This document shows, piece by piece, positions 9,131 to 21,000 of a DNA stretch of 64,000 nucleotides; within the stretch, counting starts at the first letter, position 1, and each line of letters opens with the position of its first letter. The translations under genes were made by a program, and so were the position numbers. The DNA is from a virus: the IMG/VR virus record IMGVR_UViG_3300027733_000040, positions 1 to 64,000 of that record. The stretch is one strand, 5' to 3'. Below the pieces are notes generated by a model, which was not told where the DNA came from, ran no database searches, and saw nothing but the letters and a program-made list of their open reading frames with translations.

Positions 9131-12100
9131 TTAAGGATAAGGATCATCGAAAGTGATTTCTATCTGGCCGCTGCCATTATTTCGACCAGGCGAACCAATA
9201 GCTGTAATCGTCTTATAACCGTATTTAGTAACACCACTTGTCGTAAAGAATCTGTCGCTAGCTCTATCGCCTGTCTGGTCATTATTCTGCGGCGATTCAG
9301 GCCTATATGTTTTTAGCAATGTTGTGCCGTCTGATGAATAAACATATATTGCACCAACTAGTTCTTTAGTACCTTGGTATGGCGACAGTGGCGCCGTAAT
9401 TACGATATTAGCCAATCCATCTCTAGTCGTTTTAATTTCTCTACCGAAGCCAGAAGCCTTGCCGTCGGGCGCCACAATTATACCAGTAGCTTCAAATGGT
9501 GTGGTGCTAGGCCCGGTTTTAGCGTACATTTTAACCAGCCCTGTGTCTGTGCCGACAGCTAATGTCATATATAATGTGTCTGGATTAATGTAGATTTTTA
9601 CTGCCGTACCAAAGCCCTCGGTAACATTTTCTCCCATTAAGATATATGTGTCTGGTGTCGCTGGGTCACGCTCATCTACACGCCAGATCCATACCAATCC
9701 TTTACCATCGTAAGCTTTAGGAGCTCCTACAGCGATCCATCTGTTTCCAACAGTGCCTAGTATAGACACAGAATATCCAAATAATGGATATTTTAATTTA
9801 GCCTTATCGACAGTTGCTGCCAAAAAGTCAGCGCCCATGAAGATCGAGGCTTTTGTGTTATCCCAGCCAGTATAACTGTTATAATCCTTTGTCACATCTC
9901 TGGTATAAAGCTCTATCGCGCCAGTCCCATTGTTGGAGAATAGCGAGCCAACCACAAATGAAACGCCGTCTTCACTAATTGCAACGCTAGCTTTCCCTGT
10001 TACTGGGCCATTTGTCCCTGTGGCGTTCGATGAAAATATTACGCTTCTATCATATGGTGGACCGGCGAGCCACGCTTCGTGCCATTGGCCTGGTCCGCTA
10101 TTTTGCAATCCTTCATCTAGCTGCCTAAATATACCAAGTAAATTGGCGTCCGTTCCGTAAATGTTAGTAATTTGGCCTAAACATTTCGTATCTGTAACGT
10201 ATGATCCAGGTATCGTAAGGTTAGTGATAGGATAAATCACGGCTGGAACGTTATTATAGAGACTTCGTTGTTCCATCTGAATAAAAAATCGTTTGCCTGT
10301 TCTTGCATATGTGCATTTGCCAAGCACGACACTGCCGCCAAGGCTAGCATCTAAACGCTTACCCCAAGTAGCAGTAAAAAATCTACCGTCTGGGTTCATT
10401 TCAACTTGGCCACCAAACCAACTTGTACCAGCCGGCGCAGTTATTATTTGCTTATTACTCTGGTTAAACAATACTGATCTTAACCCGCCATTTATAAAAG
10501 ATCTTATAAATACACTACCATCTCTACTAACTGATTGATCGTTACCAACAAAGAAGGTTAAAGAGTCCCTATAAACGGAAGTAGAACGGTACTTTTGATC
10601 TGCGACAGGGATACCGTCATATCGTAAATCATAATAAAAGGTTTCGTTATTACGATAATTATTCGGGGCGTCGCTTTGGTCGGAAACTATTTGGTATCTA
10701 TCGGCTGCGCCTTTTGTTAAATAGTTAGCACCTGCAGCAAGTGATTCTACCCCATTAAGTGTTTCATTCTTTAATATCGCGCTCGGGGTTGTGATGATAT
10801 AGTATGGGACAGATAAAGATTCTAAATAATATAAGCCATAGTCTAACATTGCTACTTTACCATCGCCGCTTAGGCCAAAAATTGATTTATTAGTTATGGC
10901 GCCAGCCGCTAAGGCTAAATAGTTAGTCGCGACAAAATTAGTCGATAGATTCGGTCTTTTAAATAAAAATGAGGATAAAGCGTTATAGCCATAGCTCGCT
11001 AATAATCTAAGGCCGTCATCGCTGATAGATAATGAAGTACCGTAGTCGCCGCTATTATTTGACAATTCTGGGAATGTACAAGACATTAAACCTGTCTTAA
11101 CCCATGTTTCACCAGTACCAGTGTCATTATATTGATAAACAGCAATATTACCACCATACGTGCTTATTGGATCGTTAGTCGTTCTAAAACCGTCACTCCC
11201 TATCGGTTGTACTTGAATGTAAGGAGTATTGTTTCCAGGTATAAGATCACCACTTCTATAGAAGCCATTCAACCACGGAGCTAAATTAGAATAGTCTTCT
11301 ATATAAATTACGCCGCCTGTAATCGTGCCATTAATTAACTTCGGATCTATTAGCAACTCTATTGCGCCGTTTTGGTAGCGACGCATGAGTGTTGAACCCG
11401 CAAGGTATGTTCCTCCGGTTGTATAGATATTGATTTTCAATATGTCAGCGCCAGTGTGTACGCCAGTATAAAATGGATAGGTCCAATCATCAAACTGTTT
11501 TGTATGGTCTCCGGGCACGATGTGGTTGGGAGAAACAGTCGCTACAGTGAGACCGTCTGGGGTACAACATAATCTGTAGCCCCAATTTGGCACCTTTGAG
11601 GCTGTAGGACGTATCCGCATGTCTGGCGTGATAACCAACTCGCTATCGTAGACATATTTGCTATCTATTCTTTTAAAGACCATCACTGAGCCAACGCCAT
11701 AATTTGGTTGGCCAATAAATACTGTACTTCCATCATGCGATATCGCTAACCCTTCTCCGAAATTAGCATTCGCTACAGGATAAGGTGCGTATACTTTTTG
11801 TACCCCCACCCAAATATCATTTGCATCACGTTTATAGATATAAACAGCACCACATTGTTTGATGGTCGTGTTTTGGAATACCGTCGAGGCGATTGGTGCG
11901 CTTACTATTAAGACTTTACCATCTCCACTAACAGCTAATGTTTTTCCAAAATTCTCTTCGGCATAACTTACTTTTACTATTCCGCCAGAAGCTGGAAAAG
12001 AAGGTATGGTGCCGACTGGTGGTGGGTCTATAACACAAGGCGTCCTGTCCCAAATTTTCATGCCTCCGCTTAACACAGTATTTGTAGTGTTAAGATTGTC

Positions 12101-15055
12101 TTTTCCTTGGTAGACCTTTTTTGAATTCGGATGAATAAGTAAATTCTGGGCAGAGGTGTTGGCTACGATGTTTATTGTAGAAGATTCACCAAAATATGTT
12201 GGGATAGGATTAAAATAGAATTTTGTAGGATCAGCATTATATTCAAAACACGCGAGTTGCCCAGCTAGGCCAGACACATAAAGCGATTGACCATCTTCAG
12301 ACCATGCCATTTTTATGGGTTTAAAATATGTTAGAATAGTAGTCGAGCTTAGCTGGCCGGGAAAACGAACTCTATCGGCAATATTTATAGATCCATAATT
12401 ATTATATACAGGGGACGGGTCACTAGCGAACGACACGATAAATCTATCGTCAGGAGATAAGAGGCAATCAGTGAAAATATCTCCAGTTTTAGTACTGCCA
12501 GTACCTACACCATATGAGATCACTGATATTATTGATCCGCTTCCCGGATCCATACTTAAAGCTTTTGTGCCTTTGTCTGTTATGACAATTAAAACACGTT
12601 GATCTTTGGTCATAGCTAAAGGATAAGCTTGCGTTGCTAACAGATCGAAGTTCTCCGCCGGTCTGACAAGATCTAGAGCATTGCTATATGCACTACTCCT
12701 GTAAGTAAAAAAGTATCCGCTTGCAATTCTAACTCTATAAACGTATTCAGAAAGATAACCAGAGTAATATACACCATCCATCCCTGGCATACTAGTATCG
12801 AACGTTAGCATGCCTGTCGAAATATCTCGTTTATACGAATACATCGTAGCAGCCGTATCATTTACCAAAAAATGAAGATAAGAGCCATCACCTGACAAAA
12901 AGCATTGAAGCGTTTTAGTCCATTTCTTGGCGGGGTTTGTGAGTTGAGAATTAATATTAAAATCCCAATCTATCGCATTTACATATGTTAAATCGCCAGC
13001 GTTGTCTACTGAGAACCAGACAATTATTAGCTTGCCGTCTGATGTCCTGTCTGCAAAACTATACAAATATTTCTTGTCTTGAGTCAGAACGTAAGGATCA
13101 GTTCTAAGTGTGTATGTAGGTTCCTTGTATATTGTTCTATTTAAGTTTAATGTGCAGCACGAAATGATAGCTGTTGGTGTTGGTGTCGGTGTTGGCGTTG
13201 GCGTTGGTGTCGGTGTTGGCGCAACAGGCGAACAAACTATGGTATGGTAACCATTCAAAATCTTAGAAATATAGTATGTGCCTTTATAACTTAAATCACC
13301 AGGTTGGGTAATCGATATCATTTCTCCGACAGAAAATGGAGAATAAGTGCTAATTACATTAAGAGCATTGTATTGGTAGAATTCCCTATAAACATCTTGA
13401 AGCGGTTTATAATACAAGTTGCCTGTTAAGACCAGATATACACCATTGACGGCGCTGGCTTTTATCGTTTTGCCAGTATTTATGCTAGCGATAGTCATGT
13501 CAGAGCTAGTAGTAGACACCATTTGCGGCCAAGAAGAAAAACAAGTTGGCGTTGGAGTAGCGGTAGGCGTTGGAGTAGCGGTAGGCGTTGGAGTAGCGGT
13601 TGGTGTTGGAGTAGCGGTTGGTGTTGGGGTGGCGGTTGGTGTTGGGGTGGCGGTTGGTGTTGGGGTGGCGGTTGGCGTTGGGGTGGCGGTTGGTGTTGGA
13701 GTGGCGGTTGGTGTTGGAGTATTAGTTTGAACTATAGTAAATCCAGCCTGATAATATGGCGTACCATTTACCGTTATGATGGCTTGGCTTGCTCTTGGAT
13801 CGGTATAATCTATAGTAAATGTGTCTGGGACTGCAACGGTTGTCGTATGAAAACTTTTATACGATTCGATCTTCAGCTCTTGCGCTACTCTGTCGATTCT
13901 GCATGCGTAAGCAGTAGTTGGGCTGCCAGCAAATGCTATGCCTATTATTTTTTCCACTCCACCGATCACAGCTATCATCGGAGATCCAGAATCACCGCCG
14001 GCTATCGGCCAATACGATGCATCAGCATTTTGAAATACGATAAGATCGCCCCAGCTATTTGTTGTATTATTATTATTTCCAACTGTAACGGTAGCACCTA
14101 TACCTGTTATGATTAACTTACAGGCGGCGCTTTGGGTAAATCCTTTTGGCCCAGTCGTTCTGCCTGTGCTATAAATCGGCGTTGTGGCGGCATTTATTAA
14201 AAGGTTATTTATTTCGCTTGATGTAGCAAATGGTGGTATCGGTTTCGCTGTATAATTATCGCTGCCGATCGGATGCCAAGTGTTATAAGATGAAGCAACA
14301 TCGATATAAGAATCACTAGGGATATAGATTGCAGCATCGACATAATTAATACCCGATGTTACAGGGGTATACCTTTTTAATCTGCCGACCAAATTAAGGC
14401 CATTAGAGCCATTTAAGGCTGTGACGCCTGGCGGGTATTTTTTCCCATCTACTACCCAAGATAAACTTTCATATATATTATAAGGATTTTGGGTTTCTAA
14501 TGCAATGTCTCTGTCTGTAGCTATGTTTCTTCTGTCAATTGCAACGTGACTATTCGTGAGGCCTACGATTCTAAAATCTATGCTATCGATACAAAACATG
14601 CCCAAGGTCCCTAAATCAAATGAATAGCCTGTCTGGCCGTTACTGGTAACAGCTGTCCAACCCGTAGGAAATTGAATTATTTCTTGTCCACCTTTCATTG
14701 GCGTAAGAAGTGGAGTATCATGTCCCTGTAGCCGTAATATATTAGGATCGGTGCCTACATATGAAGTCAGAGGTGTCGAACTCATGTTGGGATAGCAAGA
14801 CATTAACTTAATGGGCTGAGCCTCGACGACATCAGTAATAATATCGACGCCATCCACTGTTATCGTAGAAGGCAATACATCTGATGGTTTAAGCTCATTT
14901 TTGTTTATCTTCTTTAGCACATTAAAAACAACACCTATTTGGCCGGTGTTATTTCCGCCTTTATGCTTATATCCCAGACTAACACCATGAACGTCATCAG
15001 GTGTTATGTCATAGAGTTCTTCTAATTTTATTCTTATACTATCAGTAAGCCTCAT
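9131..15055 (-). CDS. 1974-aa modular protein: trypsin-like (S1, Nal1-like) serine protease, PT linkers, lactonase-like beta-propeller and FG-GAP-like propellers; putative virion fibre/adhesin
   Basis: GTLG, LTNSHV (His), VDAAI (Asp), GRTTG and GGDSGS (Ser); FGKTLAVSGDG / GAVYIY / FGEGLAIS repeats; (TPTPTA)n linker. Confidence 0.75.
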   Translation of the reverse strand: MRLTDSIRIKLEELYDITPDDVHGVSLGYKHKGGNNTGQIGVVFNVLKKINKNELKPSDVLPSTITVDGVDIITDVVEAQPIKLMSCYPNMSSTPLTSYVGTDPNILRLQGHDTPLLTPMKGGQEIIQFPTGWTAVTSNGQTGYSFDLGTLGMFCIDSIDFRIVGLTNSHVAIDRRNIATDRDIALETQNPYNIYESLSWVVDGKKYPPGVTALNGSNGLNLVGRLKRYTPVTSGINYVDAAIYIPSDSYIDVASSYNTWHPIGSDNYTAKPIPPFATSSEINNLLINAATTPIYSTGRTTGPKGFTQSAACKLIITGIGATVTVGNNNNTTNSWGDLIVFQNADASYWPIAGGDSGSPMIAVIGGVEKIIGIAFAGSPTTAYACRIDRVAQELKIESYKSFHTTTVAVPDTFTIDYTDPRASQAIITVNGTPYYQAGFTIVQTNTPTPTATPTPTATPTPTATPTPTATPTPTATPTPTATPTPTATPTPTATPTPTATPTPTCFSSWPQMVSTTSSDMTIASINTGKTIKASAVNGVYLVLTGNLYYKPLQDVYREFYQYNALNVISTYSPFSVGEMISITQPGDLSYKGTYYISKILNGYHTIVCSPVAPTPTPTPTPTPTPTPTAIISCCTLNLNRTIYKEPTYTLRTDPYVLTQDKKYLYSFADRTSDGKLIIVWFSVDNAGDLTYVNAIDWDFNINSQLTNPAKKWTKTLQCFLSGDGSYLHFLVNDTAATMYSYKRDISTGMLTFDTSMPGMDGVYYSGYLSEYVYRVRIASGYFFTYRSSAYSNALDLVRPAENFDLLATQAYPLAMTKDQRVLIVITDKGTKALSMDPGSGSIISVISYGVGTGSTKTGDIFTDCLLSPDDRFIVSFASDPSPVYNNYGSINIADRVRFPGQLSSTTILTYFKPIKMAWSEDGQSLYVSGLAGQLACFEYNADPTKFYFNPIPTYFGESSTINIVANTSAQNLLIHPNSKKVYQGKDNLNTTNTVLSGGMKIWDRTPCVIDPPPVGTIPSFPASGGIVKVSYAEENFGKTLAVSGDGKVLIVSAPIASTVFQNTTIKQCGAVYIYKRDANDIWVGVQKVYAPYPVANANFGEGLAISHDGSTVFIGQPNYGVGSVMVFKRIDSKYVYDSELVITPDMRIRPTASKVPNWGYRLCCTPDGLTVATVSPNHIVPGDHTKQFDDWTYPFYTGVHTGADILKINIYTTGGTYLAGSTLMRRYQNGAIELLIDPKLINGTITGGVIYIEDYSNLAPWLNGFYRSGDLIPGNNTPYIQVQPIGSDGFRTTNDPISTYGGNIAVYQYNDTGTGETWVKTGLMSCTFPELSNNSGDYGTSLSISDDGLRLLASYGYNALSSFLFKRPNLSTNFVATNYLALAAGAITNKSIFGLSGDGKVAMLDYGLYYLESLSVPYYIITTPSAILKNETLNGVESLAAGANYLTKGAADRYQIVSDQSDAPNNYRNNETFYYDLRYDGIPVADQKYRSTSVYRDSLTFFVGNDQSVSRDGSVFIRSFINGGLRSVLFNQSNKQIITAPAGTSWFGGQVEMNPDGRFFTATWGKRLDASLGGSVVLGKCTYARTGKRFFIQMEQRSLYNNVPAVIYPITNLTIPGSYVTDTKCLGQITNIYGTDANLLGIFRQLDEGLQNSGPGQWHEAWLAGPPYDRSVIFSSNATGTNGPVTGKASVAISEDGVSFVVGSLFSNNGTGAIELYTRDVTKDYNSYTGWDNTKASIFMGADFLAATVDKAKLKYPLFGYSVSILGTVGNRWIAVGAPKAYDGKGLVWIWRVDERDPATPDTYILMGENVTEGFGTAVKIYINPDTLYMTLAVGTDTGLVKMYAKTGPSTTPFEATGIIVAPDGKASGFGREIKTTRDGLANIVITAPLSPYQGTKELVGAIYVYSSDGTTLLKTYRPESPQNNDQTGDRASDRFFTTSGVTKYGYKTITAIGSPGRNNGSGQIEITFDDPYP
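13545..13720. repeat. 18-bp tandem repeat (about 9 copies) encoding (TPTPTA)n
   Basis: GTTGG[CT]GTTGG[AG]GT[AG]GCG-type units are directly visible. Confidence 0.9.
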
Positions 15056-15067
15056 AGTTCTCCTTCT

Positions 15068-18000
15068 TTATTTCCACGCTGTATAAAGTACTTTTAATTT
15101 TGATGTAGTTGGCGTCGGCGTTGGAGTAGCGGTTGGCGTTGGAGTAGCGGTTGGCGTTGGTGTCGGCGTTGGCGTTGGCGTTGGCGTCGGTGTCGGCGTT
15201 GGCCCAGAACCGCAATTAGGATCAAATGTGACAGTATATATAGCAGTCGATCCTGTCGGTAATGGCATTATCGATGCACCACCGGTCGATGTTATACTCC
15301 TAAGATAAGGAAGAACAGCAGGAACAGTTATTAACCCAGGAGATGCACTAACTAAACAAATGCCATCTAGACATTTTAATCTCATCCTCTTAATGGTTTT
15401 AGATCCGCTAACTAACTTTTCGATATTCGTGATTAAATACTTACCATTAAAGGGGTCTGTGGCACTATCTAGCTTTACCTCTATCGTATCACCGATATAA
15501 AATTGGATACCTTTACCATCGGTTATAGTATCGATCTTAGCAACATTATCGAATATAGTCATACATAAACCAGGGCCAACTGGTATTTGCGGTTTAACGA
15601 AGTCCTTCGCCAGTACGTATCCATTTCTTTCTGGCGACCCATGAGCTAATACAAAGGCACCATTGATAGACCCAAATCCGATCTGAACAAAACTAGATGA
15701 AAAAGTATCTGAAGCATTATTATTATCGATAATGCTATAACCATAACCATAAACATTTCCGCTCTTAAATACGACCAGACAACCTGAAGTATTAGGTTGA
15801 TAATCTATCACACCAGATTCTGGTAAATCTAATTTAATTGGTACGTAAGAGTTTCGCGGTAAACCGGTCTGACCAACAAAACCGCCCCAGAATAGCAAAT
15901 CACCGTCACGAGTTAAAGCCATGACATTCGTTTTGGAAGTACGTACACCAAACCCAACACCAGCTCCCAAGCCTATACCAGATACTCCAGGTCCAGCACC
16001 AGATCCTATGGTCTGCACTGGAATCGGATTATACATTGGGATTACTTTATTGGTTGTATAGCCCTCTTTCTGGTTGATGCCTAGTACACCACATTTGTTC
16101 TCACCAATAACATGCAGGCCGCCGGAAGCATCGACGATAATCAGCGCGGAATCACAAGCATATATCTGCTTGTACGATGGGTCGCTAGCTATCAGCGTGG
16201 GCTTATATAGGTAGGCGATGCCATTAGCATCTGTTCTTTCATAAGTAGTATCCGAAGTCCACTTGAGGCTTACTCCAAGATACGCCTCCATGCTGTTTTT
16301 ACCAACGTAGTATATCTCACCTTGATTAGTTAGGAACGCTGTAAATCCGTTACCAGGGGCGATTTGGTTATAGCTGACTTTTGATAATTTAGGTAAAAAC
16401 TCGGCAGTGACTCTAGTAGGCTCAGCGATAATTTCGCCTTTTTTATCATGGCATGCCTCGCTAAATGTGTCTATACCCCAAGTATACAGATCGCTATTCC
16501 CATCGATAGCGTAAGCCATGCTTCCGAATGTATTGACATATCGCCACATTCCAGGCGCAGCGACTAAAGAATTAACCTTACCATCGATTCTTAACATTTG
16601 GGTAGAATTATTTGGTCTTCCAGCCCAATAGCCTGAGCCATAAAGATAACCGTCAAAATTAGGCGTGCCGCTGCTAGGTGGATTTATAAGTAACATACCG
16701 CTTGAGCCAGATACTAAATGATTAATGCCATAATTCGATAATGTGTCCCCGTACCAGACAAAGCATTTACCATCTGGCACAGATGTGGGTGTGGGTGTGG
16801 GTGTGGGTGTGGGTGTTGGTGTTGGTGTTGGTGTTGGTGTTGGTGTTGGTGTTGGTGTTGGTGTTGGTGTTGGTGTTGGGGTAGGAGTCGGCGTAGGAGT
16901 TGGTGTAGGTGTTGGTGTTGGCGTTGGTGACCCCAATCGCGCAGCTGCTAAACTCATCCTTGCAGTGCCGACACCAGCTGTGTCAGTTGCTACAACACCA
17001 GATGAAGATACCAGATTTGTTATTGATAGTGCCGAACCTCCAGATGTCGAACCATATCCGAAAATGGCCCTATCACCGCCATAGCCAGCAGCCGCCAAGC
17101 GTGTTCTTGTAGTGCCTATTCCTGCGGTGTCTGTCGCTACAACACCAGATGAGGATACTAAATTAGTTAACGATACAGTCCCAGCTCCGGTATCACCATA
17201 TCCAAATATTGCTTTATCGGTCCCATATCCAGCCGCTGCCAGCCAGACTCTAGCAGTTCCTACTCCCGCCGTGTCCGTAGCCACGACACCGGTTGATGAT
17301 ACTAAATTAGTGAGAGAAATATATACTGAACCATTTGCAAAACCATAGCCAAATATGGCCTTATCACCACCATACCCAGCAGCCGCTAAAGCCTGTCTCG
17401 GTGTTCCTACTCCAGCCGTGTCGGTTGCTACAACACCGGTCGAAGTGACTAAATTGGTTATAGAATTATAAAATCCTGCGCCAGCTCCTGTGCCGCCGCC
17501 ATATCCAAAAATAGCCTTGTCGCCACCATATTCAGCCGCCGCTAATGTATGTCTAGCTGTGCCGACACCAGCTGTGTCAGTCGCAACAACACCAGTAGAA
17601 GAGACTAAATTCGATAGCGATAATACGACATTATTACTACCAAACGCAAATATAGCCTTGTTTCCACCATAGCCTGCGGCTGCTAGGTCGAACCTCTTAG
17701 TACCGACGCCAGTAGTGTCAGTCGCAACAACGCCAGTAGGTGATACTAAATTTGTTATCGATAAAGATCCCGCATTCTGTAAGAAGCCATAGCCAAATAT
17801 CGCTGAGGCCGCGCCGGGTGTAGGTGTTGGTGTCGTCGAAGGATCAAGACTTGCGGTGTTACATGTTATTAATTGCGCAATGCCATTTATAAGCAGCTCT
17901 GTTTGGCCGGCCGGCAAAGGCGCCACTCTATCCACCACAGCGCTTAATGTCGATTTGTTTATTGCATAAATCGTTCGGTTTAGATAGGTCGTCATATATA

Positions 18001-21000
18001 TCTGGCTGTTATAAACGAATAAACCAGAGTACGAATTATTTGCACTTATGCTCGGCAATTGTTTTACGTTCCATAACGTACCATCTAATTTATATTCTGC
18101 TATATAAAAATCATGATTATCATTAGCAATAATCGTGGTAAATCTGTTAGTTATTGGATTATATAATATTTCGTTAAAATTATCAGTCTTCCAAGCACCA
18201 GAATAACTTAAATCGAACAATTTAGTCACTACTATTTGACTTGTCGTGATATCAAGCTCAAATAAAGATTTAGAACCCAATAATAATTTATTGTTAGATT
18301 TATAACAAAATCCATCATGATTCCATGTCCCACCTGCAGCAGAAAAATCTAGACCAGGAATAGTCCCAGCAGTCCCTAACATAAAAACTCTAGCCGGCGT
18401 AGTATTAATCGAGAATGGAGTCGTGGTAATGTTATATTCGTCGATCCTATAGTTAGCTGGTGACGCATTCAGCTGTATGCTTAAAGTCCAAAATTTAGTG
18501 TCCGACATTGTGCTATCGGTTACTTCATAACCACCAATGGTTAAATCAGATAAAAGAATAGTGGTGTTTGGGCTATAATCATAATTCGTTAGTCTTCCTC
18601 TACCGTTAGCTGAGAAGATGATTTGGCAAGTGATATTTGGTGTTGGTGTTGGTGTTGGTGTGGCAACGGGGTCGCAAACTATTTTATGAACACCACCGTT
18701 GATTTCTGATATGTAATAATCCTTGTCTTCATAACCTCGGGTAGGGGTAAATATAGCGTTAAATCTTATCTTATCGCCGACAAAAAACGGCGTAGTAGGA
18801 ACAATCTGGACTGAATTATTATAAACTTGCCAAAATTCCCTATAATTATTTTGGATAGGATTATAGCCGTTAGTTAATATTAAAATTACTTGGTAGCCAT
18901 TCTTAAAAGTGTCAATAACTGCGCCAGTTTTAACACAAACAATTGTCTGATGCCCAGTATCTCTCAAACCTATTTTGGGCCATGAATCGAAGCAATTCGT
19001 CGGTGTTGGTGTTGGTGTTGGTGTTGGTGTCGGAGCGACAGTCACTTGATCGCAAATTATCTTGTGTACTCCGCCCGAGATCTCAGATATCATGTAATTT
19101 TTATTTTCATAACCTTGTAGCGGGCTATTAACCGCAGTAAACATTATAACATCGCCGACAGAGAATGGCGTTGTAGTAACGAGACCTAAATCATTATACT
19201 GCCAAAATTCTCTATAATTAAATTGGTTTGGGTTATAATGGCCAACTAGAGTTAACACTACTTGGGTATTATTTTTAAGCGTATCTATAACCGCGCCAGA
19301 TTTTACGCATACTATAAGTTGTTTTCCAGTAATTCTATAATATGGCGGCCATGAAGAAAAACAATTCGTAGGTATAGGTGTAGTGGCAAAAGTAGCGCAA
19401 GAACCCCCCCACACATTTGTAAATGCTGATATAACATTATTTGGCCAAGATCTACCATTCGCAATAGTACTCATGGTAGTATCGATATAGGCTAAGGTAT
19501 ATATCTGACATTCAACATCGGTGTAACCAATATAACCATTTAATGGCTGACATCTCGACCCTGCAGAACCTGGGCGAGTGTGTGGTAATTTAACTTGATC
19601 CCAATTGGTCACTAATTCAAGTGTCCACGGACCAAGCGGGCTAGAACTCGGAATACTAAACATATGCTTTGATTGTTTACCACAATCTGTGTTAGAATAT
19701 AATAACGGAACAGCGTAACTTGCCAAAACGCCATTTCTTGATGCAGTAATTGTATAGCTAAACTTATCGGGCGAACTACCTAGAAATGTTATATCCACAC
19801 AAATATTACGAACTTGTATTGTTGGTGTTGGTGCGCTTGGTATTGGTGTCGGTGTTGGGGTTGGCGCTTTTGGTGTAGGCGTAGGCGTTGGGGTCGGCAC
19901 TGGTGTCGGTGTTGGAGTCGGTGTCGGTGTTGGAGTCGGCACTGGTGTTGCAACAGGTGCTGGTAAACAACTTGTATTTGCGAATACCCACCTCAATACC
20001 CCATTAACGACCGAAGCATAATATGAACAAGCGCCAATACAGCCCGGCGAGCAAGGGCCATCGTATAGATCGCCTGACTTCACATTAGGATTAGTGACTG
20101 GGCCTAGGTCATAGGGGCAACTAGCGCAAGTGACCGGTGAGCCAGGCAGCGGAACAGGTGTGGCTAAGTAACTGGTACCATCAAACGTAACAGGATTTGC
20201 TATTAAAACAACATCAGGATCACTCACAAATAATTCTTTAGATCCTGTACCCAGCTGATATTCTATACCATTATAGCCCCACGCTAATAATTTAGCGCAA
20301 ATCGTTTTAGTAGTATAAGTAGGAGTAGGCGTCGGAGTAGGGGTAGGGGTAGGTGTCGGTGTTATGAAAGGACAAGCCAAAGTAATTTCATAGCCTTCCC
20401 ATAAAGGATTAAGTAAGGTCCCCTTCTTAGTGGCAATAGCTGTGACAACGTAGTCAGCAGTATTCGATACACCACCAACCATAGTGATGGTTTCGTTTTG
20501 TATAAAATTACGGCCGTTAGATAAGCCGCCATAAAACGAATTCTTTTTTGTCAAGAAGACACTGAAGTCAGTTATAACAGGAGCGCAAGCTGCTATATGC
20601 AAAACGTTGCCGTTCGCATCAACTTGAGTACCTTTATAAAATAGATCTACACTACCAGTGTTGGTGCTGTCTGGGATTCCAATGGTAACTGGTCCTGAAC
20701 TCTGTTTAACGTTTCTTACTCTTATCAATTCATTTATCGTAAACGCATAGCTATTATTCAGCGCCACGCCATTATTAAAATAGAATGTAGAATCGTCTGG
20801 ACATATTACATAAATTGGCGTGCCGCTAACGCTTGAAACTATTACACCGGAAGAAGCGCCTTTAATTTCACCACCAACATCGACTGTAAATTGAGTGCTG
20901 GTACCACGTGGTGGTGGTGGTGCGGTAGTGTTACCAGAGATATACCAACCAATAGAACACGGTGTAGTAGTGCTTGTGCTGGTTACTACAGCACCAGAAG

